64,000 bases of DNA from Selaginella moellendorffii. Taxonomy: Eukaryota > Plantae > Lycopodiophyta. Both the position numbers and the translations under genes were made by a program. This document shows positions 1 through 11,790 of the stretch, one piece after another. A model generated the notes under the pieces. The model was given only the letters and a program-made list of their open reading frames with translations. It made no database searches and was not told the DNA's origin. The DNA lies in NCBI RefSeq assembly GCF_000143415.4, contig NW_003314289.1, positions 752,292-816,291 of the forward strand, given 5' to 3'. How positions within the stretch are numbered: position 1 is the first letter of the stretch; each line of letters starts with the position of its first letter.

Positions 1-262
1 CGGGTTGATCCAAGCGCTGGCATTCCGCCAGGTCGACTCTAGCTGGCGCTCTGAAAATAAAGGTACACCCACATTAAAGGCTTTTAAATTTCTGTTTTGT
101 TAGAGTTTTCAAAACATTAGGGTTTAAGCACCGGCGATTGATCGCGTGCGCGATCCTCACGGCGAATGGATCTTCTCTTTGCGATGAGGTAATTCGATCC
201 AAACTCTTGGGATTTCTCTTGGCCTTTCCTAAAATTTTCAATCTCTTGCGATAGCTCGCCAA

Positions 263-1590
263 ATGTGTAGCGAGAGTTTCTTGCCAAAAGGTATGAGTCA
301 TGGCTCGCGTTTTGGAGTATGCCCTTGCTGTCACGCTTCCATCGCGCTATTTTTTATGGACTCTCACTTAGACACTTGTCTCCGAAAAAGGTTGGGTCCC
401 TTCTCTGCTTGCTTCTAAACTTCTAACTTGGCTCGCATTTGATGTTCTTATTAGTCACGAGGAGGATTCTGTGGAACCAGATGATGAAAAACCAGTTAAG
501 ATTTTTTTTTTCCTCCTTCTCGTGGCTGGGAAGTTGTAATGTGCGCATCTCATTTCTCTGAATTCAGGAGGAAGAACCTCAGACCAAGCAAGAAGTATTT
601 CCACTCTTCCGTCAAAGAAAGAAGGTGTGTTTGCTTTTGCATCCCTTTTCTTTTCTTTTCTTCTTGTTTTCTTACTCGCGTTTTAAGCTTTTGGCATCTC
701 AGATCATTCATATTATCAGGCACGGGCATACTTTGTTTCAGCAAGGAGATCAGAAGATGATCGATGTAAGGCTCTCGGCTCAAGGCATTCAACAGGTAAG
801 AGTATGATCCTTTAGTTATTTAATCTTCTTCGTCTTGCTAATATAAAACTCTTGGTATGATCATTTAGGCCTCCTGCATTGGTCAGCAGTTGCTGTCGCT
901 TAAGCCAGACGTGGTAAACGTTTCAATAAGAAGATTTCTAAAGCTTACTTGTGTGGTCTAGATTCTAGTTTCTCCTCTAACAAGAGCGTTGGACACATTG
1001 AGATGGGCTTTACACCCGTTCAAGGTGATATACAAGGTTTTGCATTCTCCCAAATTTGTATTCAGGACGAGAGAAGCAGTTTGCGTCTGGAAGTCAGCAG
1101 CTTACACACTGAGCACGTAGCTGGTGCTGGAGATATTGGCCGTGATCCACAGGTAACCACTTTCTTCTCTTTCAACTTAAAATGTATTGTTAGAGCTCAC
1201 TCTGCTTACAGGTACTTTCTCTTGATTTTCCTTGGCTATCATTCGAGAAGCTCGATCCAGTCTGGTGGTTCTCGCCGCCAGAGGCTCCAAACATCGGGGC
1301 ATTTCGGACGAGAGAAAACACTGGTCTGACTTCCTTTCCCCTTCTCTAATTTTGATGTATTCTTCATGAACTCAGCGAACCTCCGCAAACGGGTCGCTTC
1401 TTTTCGTCGCCATCTTCTTTCCAGGCCAGAACAAGTAATTGCTGTTGTTGGACATTCTACTTTCTTCATGGTGCGTATTCTTTGGATGTTGTTTCGTTTC
1501 TGTAACTCTTTCTACTGTGGTTCGCTCCAGGTGCTTACCGGTGAGGAGAAGCGAATGCGTCACTGTGAGTTTCGCAAGCTCGCAATCTAA
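263..1590 (+). CDS. Histidine phosphatase / phosphoglycerate mutase-like protein (multi-exon; start uncertain)
   Basis: Spliced pieces give IIHIIRHGHTLFQQ (RHG motif), DVRLSAQGIQQ, VSPLTRALDTL and IAVVGHSTFF, separated by short GT-AG introns; stop at 1588-1590. Confidence 0.75.
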
Positions 1591-1891
1591 GTAATGTGCA
1601 TTTGCAACATTGTGTTTTCTCTAACGTTTGCAAATTTGATAGGACGTGATGATGCCAAAGCTATTTCCCAAAGTCATCCCGGAGTTCATGCTGTAAGAAA
1701 TGTTTCCAGACAGTTGGCCTTTTATGTGTTTCAGGCAGAATTTATGATCAAGTCCATAACTGTCAATTCTTCAATATCTTGGCAGTGTTCAAATTGCTCT
1801 CAAACTCTCTTCTTTGGATTGATTCTCAAGACTGTCAGCAGCTTGAAAACTAATTAAACTCTCTTCTCCGTGTTTGCATGCTTGGAGCGGG

Positions 1892-2204
1892 ATGAGCATA
1901 CAGCCAGCTACAATCATTTCAGCACTGGTTGCCTTCCCTCCAGCGTGCCTTGCAGGGAAGGCAGCCTTGAAATCCATCAAAAGCTTCATCACAAGTGTTC
2001 TAGAACTGGAGAGCATTGCAGTTCAAGCTGCATCTGATGAAGGCCAGCTGATGTATTTGCCGCTTGTTGAAGACAGCATGGGCAGACTCATCAGCCTACA
2101 AGGCTCTGGAGAGGGGCAAAAAGCCTTGAAAATCTGAGAAGCCATGCCTTTCAGGCAGCTTCAAGCAGTGGTGGTGCTAGTACCAGTACAAATTGGCTTG
2201 AAAG
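1892..2204 (+). pseudogene. Frameshifted paralog of exon 1 of the gene at 10528 (helical N-terminal domain)
   Basis: MSIQPATIISALVAFPP...AASDEGQLMYLPLVEDSMGRL matches the 10528 gene. Small deletions near 2085 and 2120 shift the frame, and the same splice donor position is kept (ttgaaag|gt). Confidence 0.8.
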
Positions 2205-2340
2205 GTATCTCAAGTGTGGAAGTTTGCATATTTCTATTGGGAAGTATGATTGACAAGCAAAAAGTTAATAGGTTAAGTCGTGCGTTGAGAGTGACCTGGG
2301 ATCAAGAATGCGAGAAAGTTCTAGAGATTGACAGTAAATA

Positions 2341-2780
2341 TTACTATTGACAGAGTTGGAGCTCATAAAGGACTGCAAACATGTAATAAAAGTTTTCGGC
2401 ATGAAAGATGGAAATTACATAGCTTTGCGATTTCAGAGACTTTTATTTTGAGAAGGATGAGCGATTGTATTATAAGCTCTCCGAGGAGGGCGTAATCAAG
2501 GAAATCATGTCACAATTTTTGGTGGGCTTGGTGCACAACATCTCGCTTATGCAAGCTTGCCAGGACATTCAGCCCGAGTGCATAAAGGCATAAAGTTTGA
2601 GATCAATCACAGAAACATTGTGGTGAAGCTAGGAGTTCTGCCCAAGGAAGCTCACAGCACCAAACCTAGATAATTTTGGATCATTGTGATACAAGTTATC
2701 TCTGGGGATATCGAGAAAATGGAGAGAGGTGTGGATGTGGGGGTGTTGGAGTTTGCAATGATGCTCTTGCAAAAGAACTT
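2341..2780 (+). pseudogene. Possible degenerate protein-kinase-like fragment
   Basis: Broken frames read TELELIKDCKHVIKVFG, IKEIMSQFLVGLVH...QDIQPECI and IVVKLG, reminiscent of kinase subdomains III-VII; stops and frameshifts are present. Confidence 0.35.
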
Positions 2781-2784
2781 CTCT

Positions 2785-3159
2785 TGCTATTTGATGGTAG
2801 CTTCTTGGACGGCGAGAACCATGTTTTCTCCACCGAGGGCCATCTCTTCCCTGTCAACCAGTCGTGCCAGCAACAGCCCCGTCCCAAGGTACCAGAGGAT
2901 CAATCTCGCAAAACATAAGTAGCATTTGTGTGTTTTGACAGATATTGTCAAGGCCACGACTATTTTCAAGGCAAAAGCCCATAGACACCAGCACTCTTGC
3001 ATCAAAGACATGTCCTCGCTTGAGCAGAGGAAGTGTGGAATCGGCATGCCACATCCCAGACACTAACGCTGACCACTGATGTATTTCAAGGTCGGACTGT
3101 GGCGTAGCCGTGACTACTTGCACGAAGAGGTCGTGTAGTTTTGCTGGTTATTGCTCGTG
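2785..3159 (+). pseudogene. 3' fragment (last exon) of the MNS5-like mannosidase
   Basis: Near-identical to 13873-14248 (LFD..FL.GENHVFSTEGHLFPV...CSFAGYCS), with a premature stop and no upstream exons. Confidence 0.9.
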
Positions 3160-3338
3160 ACAAGATCACCAAAAGCATATGCAAATTATTTTCTTCCCAG
3201 AAAAAATAAGTATAGTTTTGCTGGCATATATATATTGATAATCCCAGAAGAAGAAAGAAAAAAAGAAAAAGAAAAAGCTATGGGTCACATGTAGGAATGT
3301 TTGGTTTCAATTGATTAAATAAATTTAAAATTATGTTT

Positions 3339-6300
3339 TGTGAGTGCATAAGGGAATAATATCAATTAACTTAAAAACCCTAGCTTATATACAGTAGCAA
3401 GTGGTGGGGATTGAAACCAATCCGACGGTTACCAAACTCCCACTATGCTAATATTAGTATACAATATTATAGCCGTACACCTAGACCTCACATCATCCCC
3501 TCCTCTCGAAATAATGAAAGACCATTAGAGTTCTCTTGTAAATGGGCTAGGATTTGAAGGAACGTCAGGAGGAGGCATTAGCGGAACTGTAGGTGGTATT
3601 AGTTATTCCTGATCCCTTTGTATTAAGCATTTTAATTGCTGCACATGCACAATTTTTGAAGGATCGGCTTGCTAGACATTATACTAAACCTCATAAACTT
3701 GTGGTCCAACTTGCCACAACACCTAATACGATCCTTTCCACTGAGCAAGAAGCTCCTTAGATAAACCACATACTGTAAAATGAGGAAAATGGATTAATAT
3801 TAAGTCATCCACTTTGTACTCTACAGGTGGACGATGATGGGAGTTGTAGCGCCATTGTTGTCTTACTTGTACGTAGCTTAAGTGTTTTGCAGACTCTGCT
3901 CAGACAAGTGGAAGAATGTTTTTTAAATACTGATCCCACGACCTAGCATCAGTAGCTCATGGCAATTGCAAAGGTAAACCTAGCTCTATTAGTAATATTG
4001 GATCATGACTATATAAGAGTTTATATGGTGAAGCACTAATAGAACTCTGCACCCCTATGATATATGCATACCAAAAAGACAACAAATAATAATTCCAATC
4101 TGAATGTTGAAAGTTTACGTACTTCGCAATCATTCCTTTAAATGTCTGAACGAGCCATTCTACCAAACTATTTGACTAGGGATAATAACCATTTATGAAA
4201 GTGTGGTGTATCCCCAACCGAGACATCAAAACATGAAATGCCTCAGCCATAAATACGGGACTATTATCCAAAAGAAGCCATTTTGAACAAGAATGTTGGA
4301 ACACCACTCCATTGAAGAGGAAGTATCCAACAATAGTTGCAAAGGCACTAGCAAGAACACCAACTTCTACTCAATGAGTCAAATAGTCAGAAGCAATAAT
4401 AACATATTCATTATCAGCAGTCAATCATGGAAAAAGTCCTATAAGGTCAAATGCCACCAACTCAAATGGATGGGAAACTACAATTGACTTTAACCGTCCT
4501 TATGTGGCACGAGGGGGAGTATTACGAACTTGGCACTAAATGTAGCTACACACATATTGAATAACATTACATCATATCTTTGGCCAATAAAAAGACTTGC
4601 ACAGCTTTTCAGTCACACGATGATGTTCCATATGCCTGCTAGAATAGAAGAATCATAGTAAGCATGGAGAAACCGTGGAATAAAGATAGAAGGCACCACC
4701 AAGCATAAAGGATTATTAGGATCCATCCCCACAAAATAAAGAAGGCCATCGTCAAAGCGATACTGAGAATGTAAATGCCAGAATGGCAAGTCATCAGCAA
4801 GTGATGCAAGATTCTCAAACCCATCTCAAAGCCTTTGAATCCATGGGTCAAGCTTTTGAGCCTCACGAATCTCATCAAAAGAAGGTAGATCTTGCTCTGC
4901 ACCTTGTAAACATTCAATGTCAAGTACAGCAACCACCGACAGCACAGAATCCTTGTCTAGAAAATCCATATATACCGAAACAACAGGCTCGACAGAAACA
5001 TGAGAAGAGGGTGGAGAAGGAAAAAGGAGTTCGAGAAAGGGTATCAGCATTAGCCATAGAACTCCTTAAGCAATGAACAACATCAAAATCATATATTTGA
5101 AATTTCAAAGCCCACTAAATAGTATGACCAACCAAGTTTTTTCACTTTAATAATGAAGTAACTGCAGCATGATCACCTTCAAGTAATGTCCGAGAATCAT
5201 CTAGATATGCATGACATTTCTCGAAACCCAGACTGCTACTAAACACTCTTTTATCATGGAGTAAATCACCTCTGCTGGTTATAATGTATGGCTTATATAC
5301 GCAATGGGATGGCACTGACCAGGCACACTCGGGCTCTCTTGCATCAACACATCTCTAAGAGCAATATCAAAAGCATCCACGCGCAAAATAAAAAGTCGAG
5401 TGTAGTCAAGATATGCCAAAACCGAAGGCAATGCTTGCAATGGTGCAATGCAATCAGAAAGATGATCCACAAAACAATCGAGATACTGCACCTTGCCTAG
5501 GAAACGCTGCACATCATTCACAAACTTTAGACTAAGGAACTTTAGAATGGCTGTAAGTTTGACAAGATCAACTTGCAAACCCTCATAAGAAATATGGTAC
5601 CCAAGATAAGTTGTGTCTTTAGACCCAAACATGCATTTCGATCGCTTCAGCTTTAAATTAACATTTTGTAGCCGATCTAACACTTTACAATCACAAATGT
5701 GCTCCTCCTATGTCCCCTTCAAGTGGATGAAAACATCATCAATAAAGTCAGAAGTCACCTTTGGCATATCGCAAAAAACCTCGTCCATCATCTGCTGAAA
5801 AGTTGCTGGAGCATTATTCAAACCAAATGGCATCACCAAGAACTCATACAAACCAAATAGTGTACAAAAAATAGTTATAGGAATATCTTCTTTGGCCATC
5901 GGTACTTGCTAGTACCCAGAAGCAAAATCTAGCTTAGTGAACCAACATCTTTACCCCAGATGATCCAAAAGATCAGCAGCGTAACGAAAAGGATATACAT
6001 CCGGGATCATCACTTTGTTTAACAGATGATAGTCAATGCAGAAATGAATACTCCCATCAGGCTTCGTCACAATATGAGGTTCATATGCCCAAGGACTCCA
6101 TGACTTCCGAATAACACCCTTGTCTAATATCTTCTTGACGTTTGCATGTAAAATCTTGATCTCCTTGGGTGACTAACGGCAAACAAGAACCTTGATTAGA
6201 CAAGCATCCTTGGTTGAAATTGGATAACATATGGCAATCTTGGCCCTAGACGATAGGTCAAATTCAAAAAAATTAGAATACTCCTTCATTAGCTAGTCAA

Positions 6301-8220
6301 CTGCTCCAATACAAAGAGTGTTAGAGGGATCAGAAAAGGGAAGAGTAGAAGAAGATAGAAATATAAGAGGAAATAGTGGGGGGACAAAATTAATGGAAAA
6401 AAAAAGTAAAAATAGAGAGATAAAGAGGTGCAAAAGTGAAAAGAATGGATGAAACATAAAGAAGTATGAGACAAAGGGGAGAAGCCTCAAAATCACACTT
6501 AGCATGATTATGCTACAACCAATCTATACCAAAAATGAGGTAAAAAACTTGACTCAACACCACCCTTAATGGCTGCAACCCAAGCTCGAGATCACCTACA
6601 TGCACAATCAAGTCTATCTCATCCCATGCACATGCATGTGTATAGCTGTTGCCATAAAGAATGAAAACTAGATCCGCCACATGACGCAAGTGTAGGCAGC
6701 AACGTGTGGCAACAGGTCAAGCAATAGAAGATAAACTCGAACCTATATCAACCAACATAATAAGAGACCTCTTGTTATAAAAATGACCTTGGAAAATAAA
6801 CACTAGATGAATCGGTGCCGAGTGAACCCTTTAATGATACTCCCGAAAGAAAGATGGAGGGGTCACTGATTTATTCGCGCAAGGTCCCTCTGTTACTTGC
6901 GTGATTCCTTGTTTCCCAGATGCATCTCGGTGTCTAAACCTTCCACTGCATCAACACCAACAAGATGTTATTGATGCCAAGGTCTTCACCTAGAAAATGG
7001 AGGTCGCCAATTCGGAAAACACCGATAACACCAATAAGTGTGACCAACTTCATCACATGCCCAACAGCGAACTTCATGGCCATGACCATGTCCTCGCCCT
7101 TATCATTGGACTCAAGTAGCAGTAGCATCAACCTCCATTAGAATAGGACCATCACTTATAGGAAGTGGAGCGGAAGGATATGCAGTGAGAAGTGGAAGAG
7201 GTGACGTCTCATAACATTGTGCCAAGCGAAAAGCATCATCAAAGGTGGCTAGAGCAAGTGCATGCACAAGTTCAATAAGATCTTGATGAAGTGTTGGCCA
7301 CAACATTCCTAACTTGATCCGCTCTAACATATTTGGCTCCGCACGAAGTAAAAGGTTTCGAAAACGAATGCCAAATTACATCATCCACTCAGATGGCCCT
7401 TGATGAAGATGATGCAATTGTTGAAAGGCATCATCACATTTGTCAGCATGTCCAAATATGCATTTGAAGACGTCCAAGAGAACATTCCAATCCTCATGAA
7501 TAGCTGCACTCAAACCATTATACCACTACAATGTTGTCCTTTAAAGACACGTGAGAAACTCACACAAACGTCAAATATCATCCCAAAACTGATAAGTGGC
7601 AATCACCGTGAAGTGATCGAACCAATGGTACATATCATCCCCAAGATTCCCACAAAAGAACTCTGGTTGAACATAAGGATTAATACCAAGAGCAAAAGGA
7701 GCTATACCATGTATTGTGGATGCCACCATCAATTGAATTTGGTTATTCAATTACAATCGCATGGCATTAAGCAATTGCACCAACTGCTACTTCAGAAGTT
7801 AGAGGAAGAGACTGTTGCTCTGCCATGAAGATGAATGAAAAGGAAAGAGCAAAAGAAGATAAATGAAAAAGGATTAGAAGGAAAGAGAGATTTAGACAAT
7901 GGAAAAGCTAAATCTAAATAAAAAATTCTGAAAGGAAAGAACAAAAGAAATAAAATGGAACTAGATTTAGACACTGCAAAAACTAAATTTAAACCAAAAT
8001 CCCAAATTTAAGAGGGACAATGAAAAATGCCTCTTATCTCCACCAATGTGAGTGTATGGAATATGAAAAGGGAATATAGAAAATGTGTATATCAATTAAT
8101 ACAAAACCTCTACCTTATATATATGAGTAAATGATTTGGATTGAAATCAATTTGACAACTACCAAAATCCCACTACAGTAATATTAATATATGGCATCGT
8201 AGCCATACACCTTAAACACA
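3339..8220 (-). mobile_element. Degenerate Ty3/gypsy LTR retrotransposon
   Basis: Short LTRs TG..CA at 3339-3492 and 8047-8220; PBS TGGTGGAGAT (tRNA-Ala-like) beside the right LTR; PPT GAGAGGAGGGGATGA beside the left LTR. Broken gag, RT (YEFLVMPFGLNNAPATFQ, FIDD), RNase H and integrase lie in gypsy order. No clean target-site duplication. Confidence 0.92.
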
Positions 8221-8332
8221 AGATTAATTTAATTTTTTATCTTAAAATATCTTAGAATATCTAAATATATTTTAAGTAACCCATACAGGTTTGCTTAACC
8301 AAACCAAAACAAAGAATAAAAGGGAAATTAAT

Positions 8333-8406
8333 TTCCATTGCCGGGATTTGAACCCGGGTCGCCTGGGTGAAAGCCAGGTATCCTGACCGGACTAGACGAC
8401 AATGGA
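8333..8406 (-). tRNA. tRNA-Glu(UUC)
   Basis: TCCATTG/CAATGGA acceptor stem, anticodon loop CT-TTC-AC, GTTCAAATC T-arm, T-run downstream. Confidence 0.95.
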
Positions 8407-8443
8407 TCAATGAATTATTGGCCGTTCAAAAAGGTTGATTACA

Positions 8444-8453
8444 GTTTATAAAC
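8444..8453. promoter_or_regulatory. Palindromic TATA-like element GTTTATAAAC between divergent tRNA-Glu and Fic gene
   Basis: Reads TATAAA on both strands, ~40 bp from both the tRNA 5' end and the Fic ATG; conserved at 14499-14508. Confidence 0.45.
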
Positions 8454-8494
8454 ACAGATCCTTTTCCTATCAATAGGGTTTACTGCCGGGAATC

Positions 8495-9763
8495 ATGTGG
8501 TCGCTAGAGCCCAGCTTCTTCGATGAGCATGGAGCGCTTGTAAGTGATCTTCCAGCGCTAGATCCAGAGGATGCAGCTGCATGGCTCTCCGCTTCCACCA
8601 CTTTCTCGACGTTGAGCATCACGGCAACGGTGAAGGGTGTTGCGTTGCAATCAGTGAATGCTGCAAACCGCTATGCGCTGGTGCACAGGTTGGAACAGAA
8701 GTATCCCGGCTGGATGCTGCTCAAAGTGGTGCTTGCGGAGGTGCACTATCTTCTGTTTGACAAAGCTGGGGCGCAGCAGCGGCTGCTCGATGTCCAAGAT
8801 GCCATAGGGCGTGGTAAGGATGAGCAGCTGGACAGGGCCGTGCTGGAGCTTTCCAAGCTTATCCAGGAGGAGGACGATGGAGATGAAGATGACGAAGAGG
8901 CGGAGGTGGAAGAAGGCATGCAAGTCACTTCCTATGTGCGACCTCAACCTTTCTCGTCTGTTCCGTGTTCGTGGAGTGCGGAGGAGATTCGGCACAAGTG
9001 GCAGACGAGAACTGAAGTTGATATTGCTGAGTTTGGTCGCTACGCAGCCATCACCACAAACGTCCTGGAAGGAGTGTTTTCGCTTGAGGGTCGCAGCTTG
9101 TCGCGGCTGGTCAAGCGTGGATTCGACGTTGACTCGATCGAGGGTGTTCCTGCCACCAGTCGCATCAAGAGGAAGGCCAAGATCGTGCAAATCCTGGAGA
9201 ACACACAGTCCTGCTTCGAATACCTCATAAAGAATTCTTCTGCTTTCAATGACTCGACGATCCAAGATGTACACAAGAGACTTATGGAGGGGAACAATCT
9301 CAACCACGAGGTTGACGATGGTCAGTTTTATGCGTGTCTCGTGCCTTGCGGCAGCTACCGCCGAGTTCCATGCTATACAACCAATGGCAACTTGGAAACT
9401 CGATTTTGTCCTTGGAGGCAGATCCCTACGGAGATGCAGTGGTTCTTTGAAGAGGCTCGGCAAGCAATGTCCGACGACTCTGCTGATCCATTCTTGGTAT
9501 CGGCCTGGCTACACATCGCGTTTCTCAGCATTCACCCCTTTGCTGATGGTAATGGTCGGGTGGGCCGAATGATTTCCTCTCTTCCACTTGTCAAGGCAGG
9601 GCTCCCCCCTGTTGTGGTATCTTTCGAGCGGGAGCGGAAGAAGAAGTACTTCGCTGCACTGATAGAAGCTCGTAAGTCGGATGATCTAGTACCGCTGGCT
9701 TCGTTTCTGAAGGAAGAGGTTGAGCTAGCGATCATTCACATCTCCAATTTGGATGATGCCTGA
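8495..9763 (+). CDS. Fic/DOC-domain protein (putative AMPylase), intronless, 422 aa
   Basis: Canonical HPFADGNGRVGR motif (9533-9568), upstream inhibitory-type TNVLEG (9056-9073) and an acidic linker. Confidence 0.92.
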   Translation: MWSLEPSFFDEHGALVSDLPALDPEDAAAWLSASTTFSTLSITATVKGVALQSVNAANRYALVHRLEQKYPGWMLLKVVLAEVHYLLFDKAGAQQRLLDVQDAIGRGKDEQLDRAVLELSKLIQEEDDGDEDDEEAEVEEGMQVTSYVRPQPFSSVPCSWSAEEIRHKWQTRTEVDIAEFGRYAAITTNVLEGVFSLEGRSLSRLVKRGFDVDSIEGVPATSRIKRKAKIVQILENTQSCFEYLIKNSSAFNDSTIQDVHKRLMEGNNLNHEVDDGQFYACLVPCGSYRRVPCYTTNGNLETRFCPWRQIPTEMQWFFEEARQAMSDDSADPFLVSAWLHIAFLSIHPFADGNGRVGRMISSLPLVKAGLPPVVVSFERERKKKYFAALIEARKSDDLVPLASFLKEEVELAIIHISNLDDA

Positions 9764-10527
9764 TCTTTGTCTTGAATTCGTAATTTCCTATTAAGCAATT
9801 TCTGGTTGTCGAGCTGAATTTCTAATGGAAATTAAAGCTTAGTCTTCTTGCGTTGTGAAAAAAGAGATCTCACTCGTTTTTCTAGAGTTGATTGGCAAGA
9901 GTTTCTTTGCAGATTGCAAGAGTCGAGTCTTGTTTCTTCTCAGGGCATCATCCCCGATCCATAGGAAGCGCCTGCTTGCTCCCACAACTCACGTTGCTAG
10001 GGTCCCTGCCAGTACAGCGCTCATGCGGGCAGCTGGAGCTGCACCACTTGCTGCAAGGCGGGAGAGGTTCTGACCAAGGTCATCAAGGTTCTGTAAACAT
10101 TTGGTAGTGACCTGGGATTGATGCCAGCGTTGTGTAGCAGCAGCACATTTGGAAGATTTCACAGTGCATGGCTCTAGAGCTGGAACTCACACTTCGCAAT
10201 AGTAATGCAAAGGCTCCAATTCAGTTGAATTTATGCATTTAGAACTTTAACACTCACTCAAGAGCTGGTGCAAATTGAACCTGTTTATTTTATGATCGGG
10301 AGAGCAGGTTGCATGGTATATGAGAGGAATTATCCCTTTCCATTGAGGTAAGAATTGCCACTTAAATGCTATTTTGTGTTAATTGGAATTTATGTAGATT
10401 TATTGTAAGACATCATACTGCAAAATTTTCAAAGTCAAAATTGAAATTGGTGCTAAGACATAGACTAAAGCCTAAAGAAACAATCATCCTTTTGGCTATG
10501 TTCTGTTCCTGTTTCGCATTCGAAGCA

Positions 10528-11753
10528 ATGAGCATCGAGCCAACCACACTCATCTCAGCACTAATTGCATTTCCACCAATAAATCTTGTAGGCAAGGCTG
10601 CCTTAAAATCCATCAAAAGCTTCATCACAAATGTCTGGGAACTGGAGAGCATTGCAATACAGGCAGCATCAGATGAAGGTCAGCTTATGTACTTGCCATT
10701 TGTGGAAGACAGCATGAGCAGATTAAACCCGAGCTCATCCGTCTACAAGACTTTGGAGAGGGGCAAAATCAGTCTTGAGAAGCTCAGGAGCTTCGCCTTT
10801 GAAGCTTCAAGCAGTGGTACCATGAACTGGCTTCAGAGGTTTGATGAGATTTTATGGTCTCTTTTTATCTTGATCTCCTTGTACAGAAACAAAGACGCCA
10901 ACAACATCTTAGAGATCAAATCAGAGGTGGAGAAGTTTGTTCACAGCATGGATGTGATAAATCTCAGCGAGACACTCAAGGCAAACGAGCTGCAAGCTCT
11001 CAAGATGAACGAATTATGCGAGTCCCAGATGCAAGGAATGAGCAGATTGTTTGACTTGTGGGAATCGCGATTCGAGCAGCTCATCCAGCTCCAAACTTCT
11101 CAGTTCCAGGCTATCCAGCAGCTGATTAGCAGTAATCAGGTAAGTCAACCAATGTTTATGCTTGTTCAGTTTATCTCGTTGAAAACCTACAGCTGAGGCC
11201 TCTACCGCAATTGCAATCCTCTGACGATCAAAATCGACATTTGCTGCATGAAAACCACCACCACCACGATCAATCACCAACATCAATCGTTCGCGCAATC
11301 AATGGTGGCTTTCAGGTGTGCATGAACTTCAAGGTATACCAACATGTAGTTCCAGTGGCAACGAGCACAAAGCTGCAAACCCAGTTTGCACTCGCGGGCA
11401 ACGTCCAAAGCTTCCCATACACCGCTGGTTACGCAGCGGTTGTCAAAGACAAGCTCACAGACGCCGAAGATTATCTCTCCAGAGAGGTGGGAAGAGCAAT
11501 TGGATTTTTCACAGTCCCAGCGAAAGGCCTGGTGTACACCACCTTTACCATGGACTTGATGGATCGAGGGACGCTGGCGGCCTCGGGTGTGGCAATGGCT
11601 CCATCGTTTACTTACATTGTGAGTGGTGGCACTGGCGAGTTCCTTGGAACCTTTGGCAAGATGGAAGTTCTCATTGTTAGCAGTGTTGACGATGGAGCCA
11701 ACTTTATTCTCCTTCACGATGTCACGCTCTATTCTTCCACTAGCATGAATTAG
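10528..11753 (+). CDS. Fusion of an RPW8/MLKL-like helical N-terminal domain and a C-terminal dirigent-like domain (3 exons, ~374 aa)
   Basis: GT-AG introns 10839-10886 and 11140-11192 join ORFs 10366 and 11211 in frame. The C-terminus has dirigent motifs (FKVYQH, VKDKLT, SREVGRAIGFF, GTL..SG, IVSGGTGEF); there is no clear signal peptide. Confidence 0.75.
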
Positions 11754-11790
11754 AATATGCTTTGATACTTCTAAAATTTAGGGATTGTGG

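Noticed and set aside
1-120. Possible minus-strand exon at the window edge
   Set aside because: Too short to assign.
8047-8406. tRNA-targeted integration of the gypsy element
   Set aside because: The second copy at 41.6-45.4 kb has no adjacent tRNA; one case is not evidence.
8651-9463. 270-aa antisense ORF inside Fic (and its twin at 14831-15601) as a possible antitoxin
   Set aside because: No recognisable features; its conservation is explained by the duplication, and the Fic already carries an internal inhibitory motif.
8495-9763. Bacterial contamination as the source of the Fic gene
   Set aside because: It is duplicated together with a eukaryotic tRNA and a spliced plant gene, and a decayed fragment occurs nearby.
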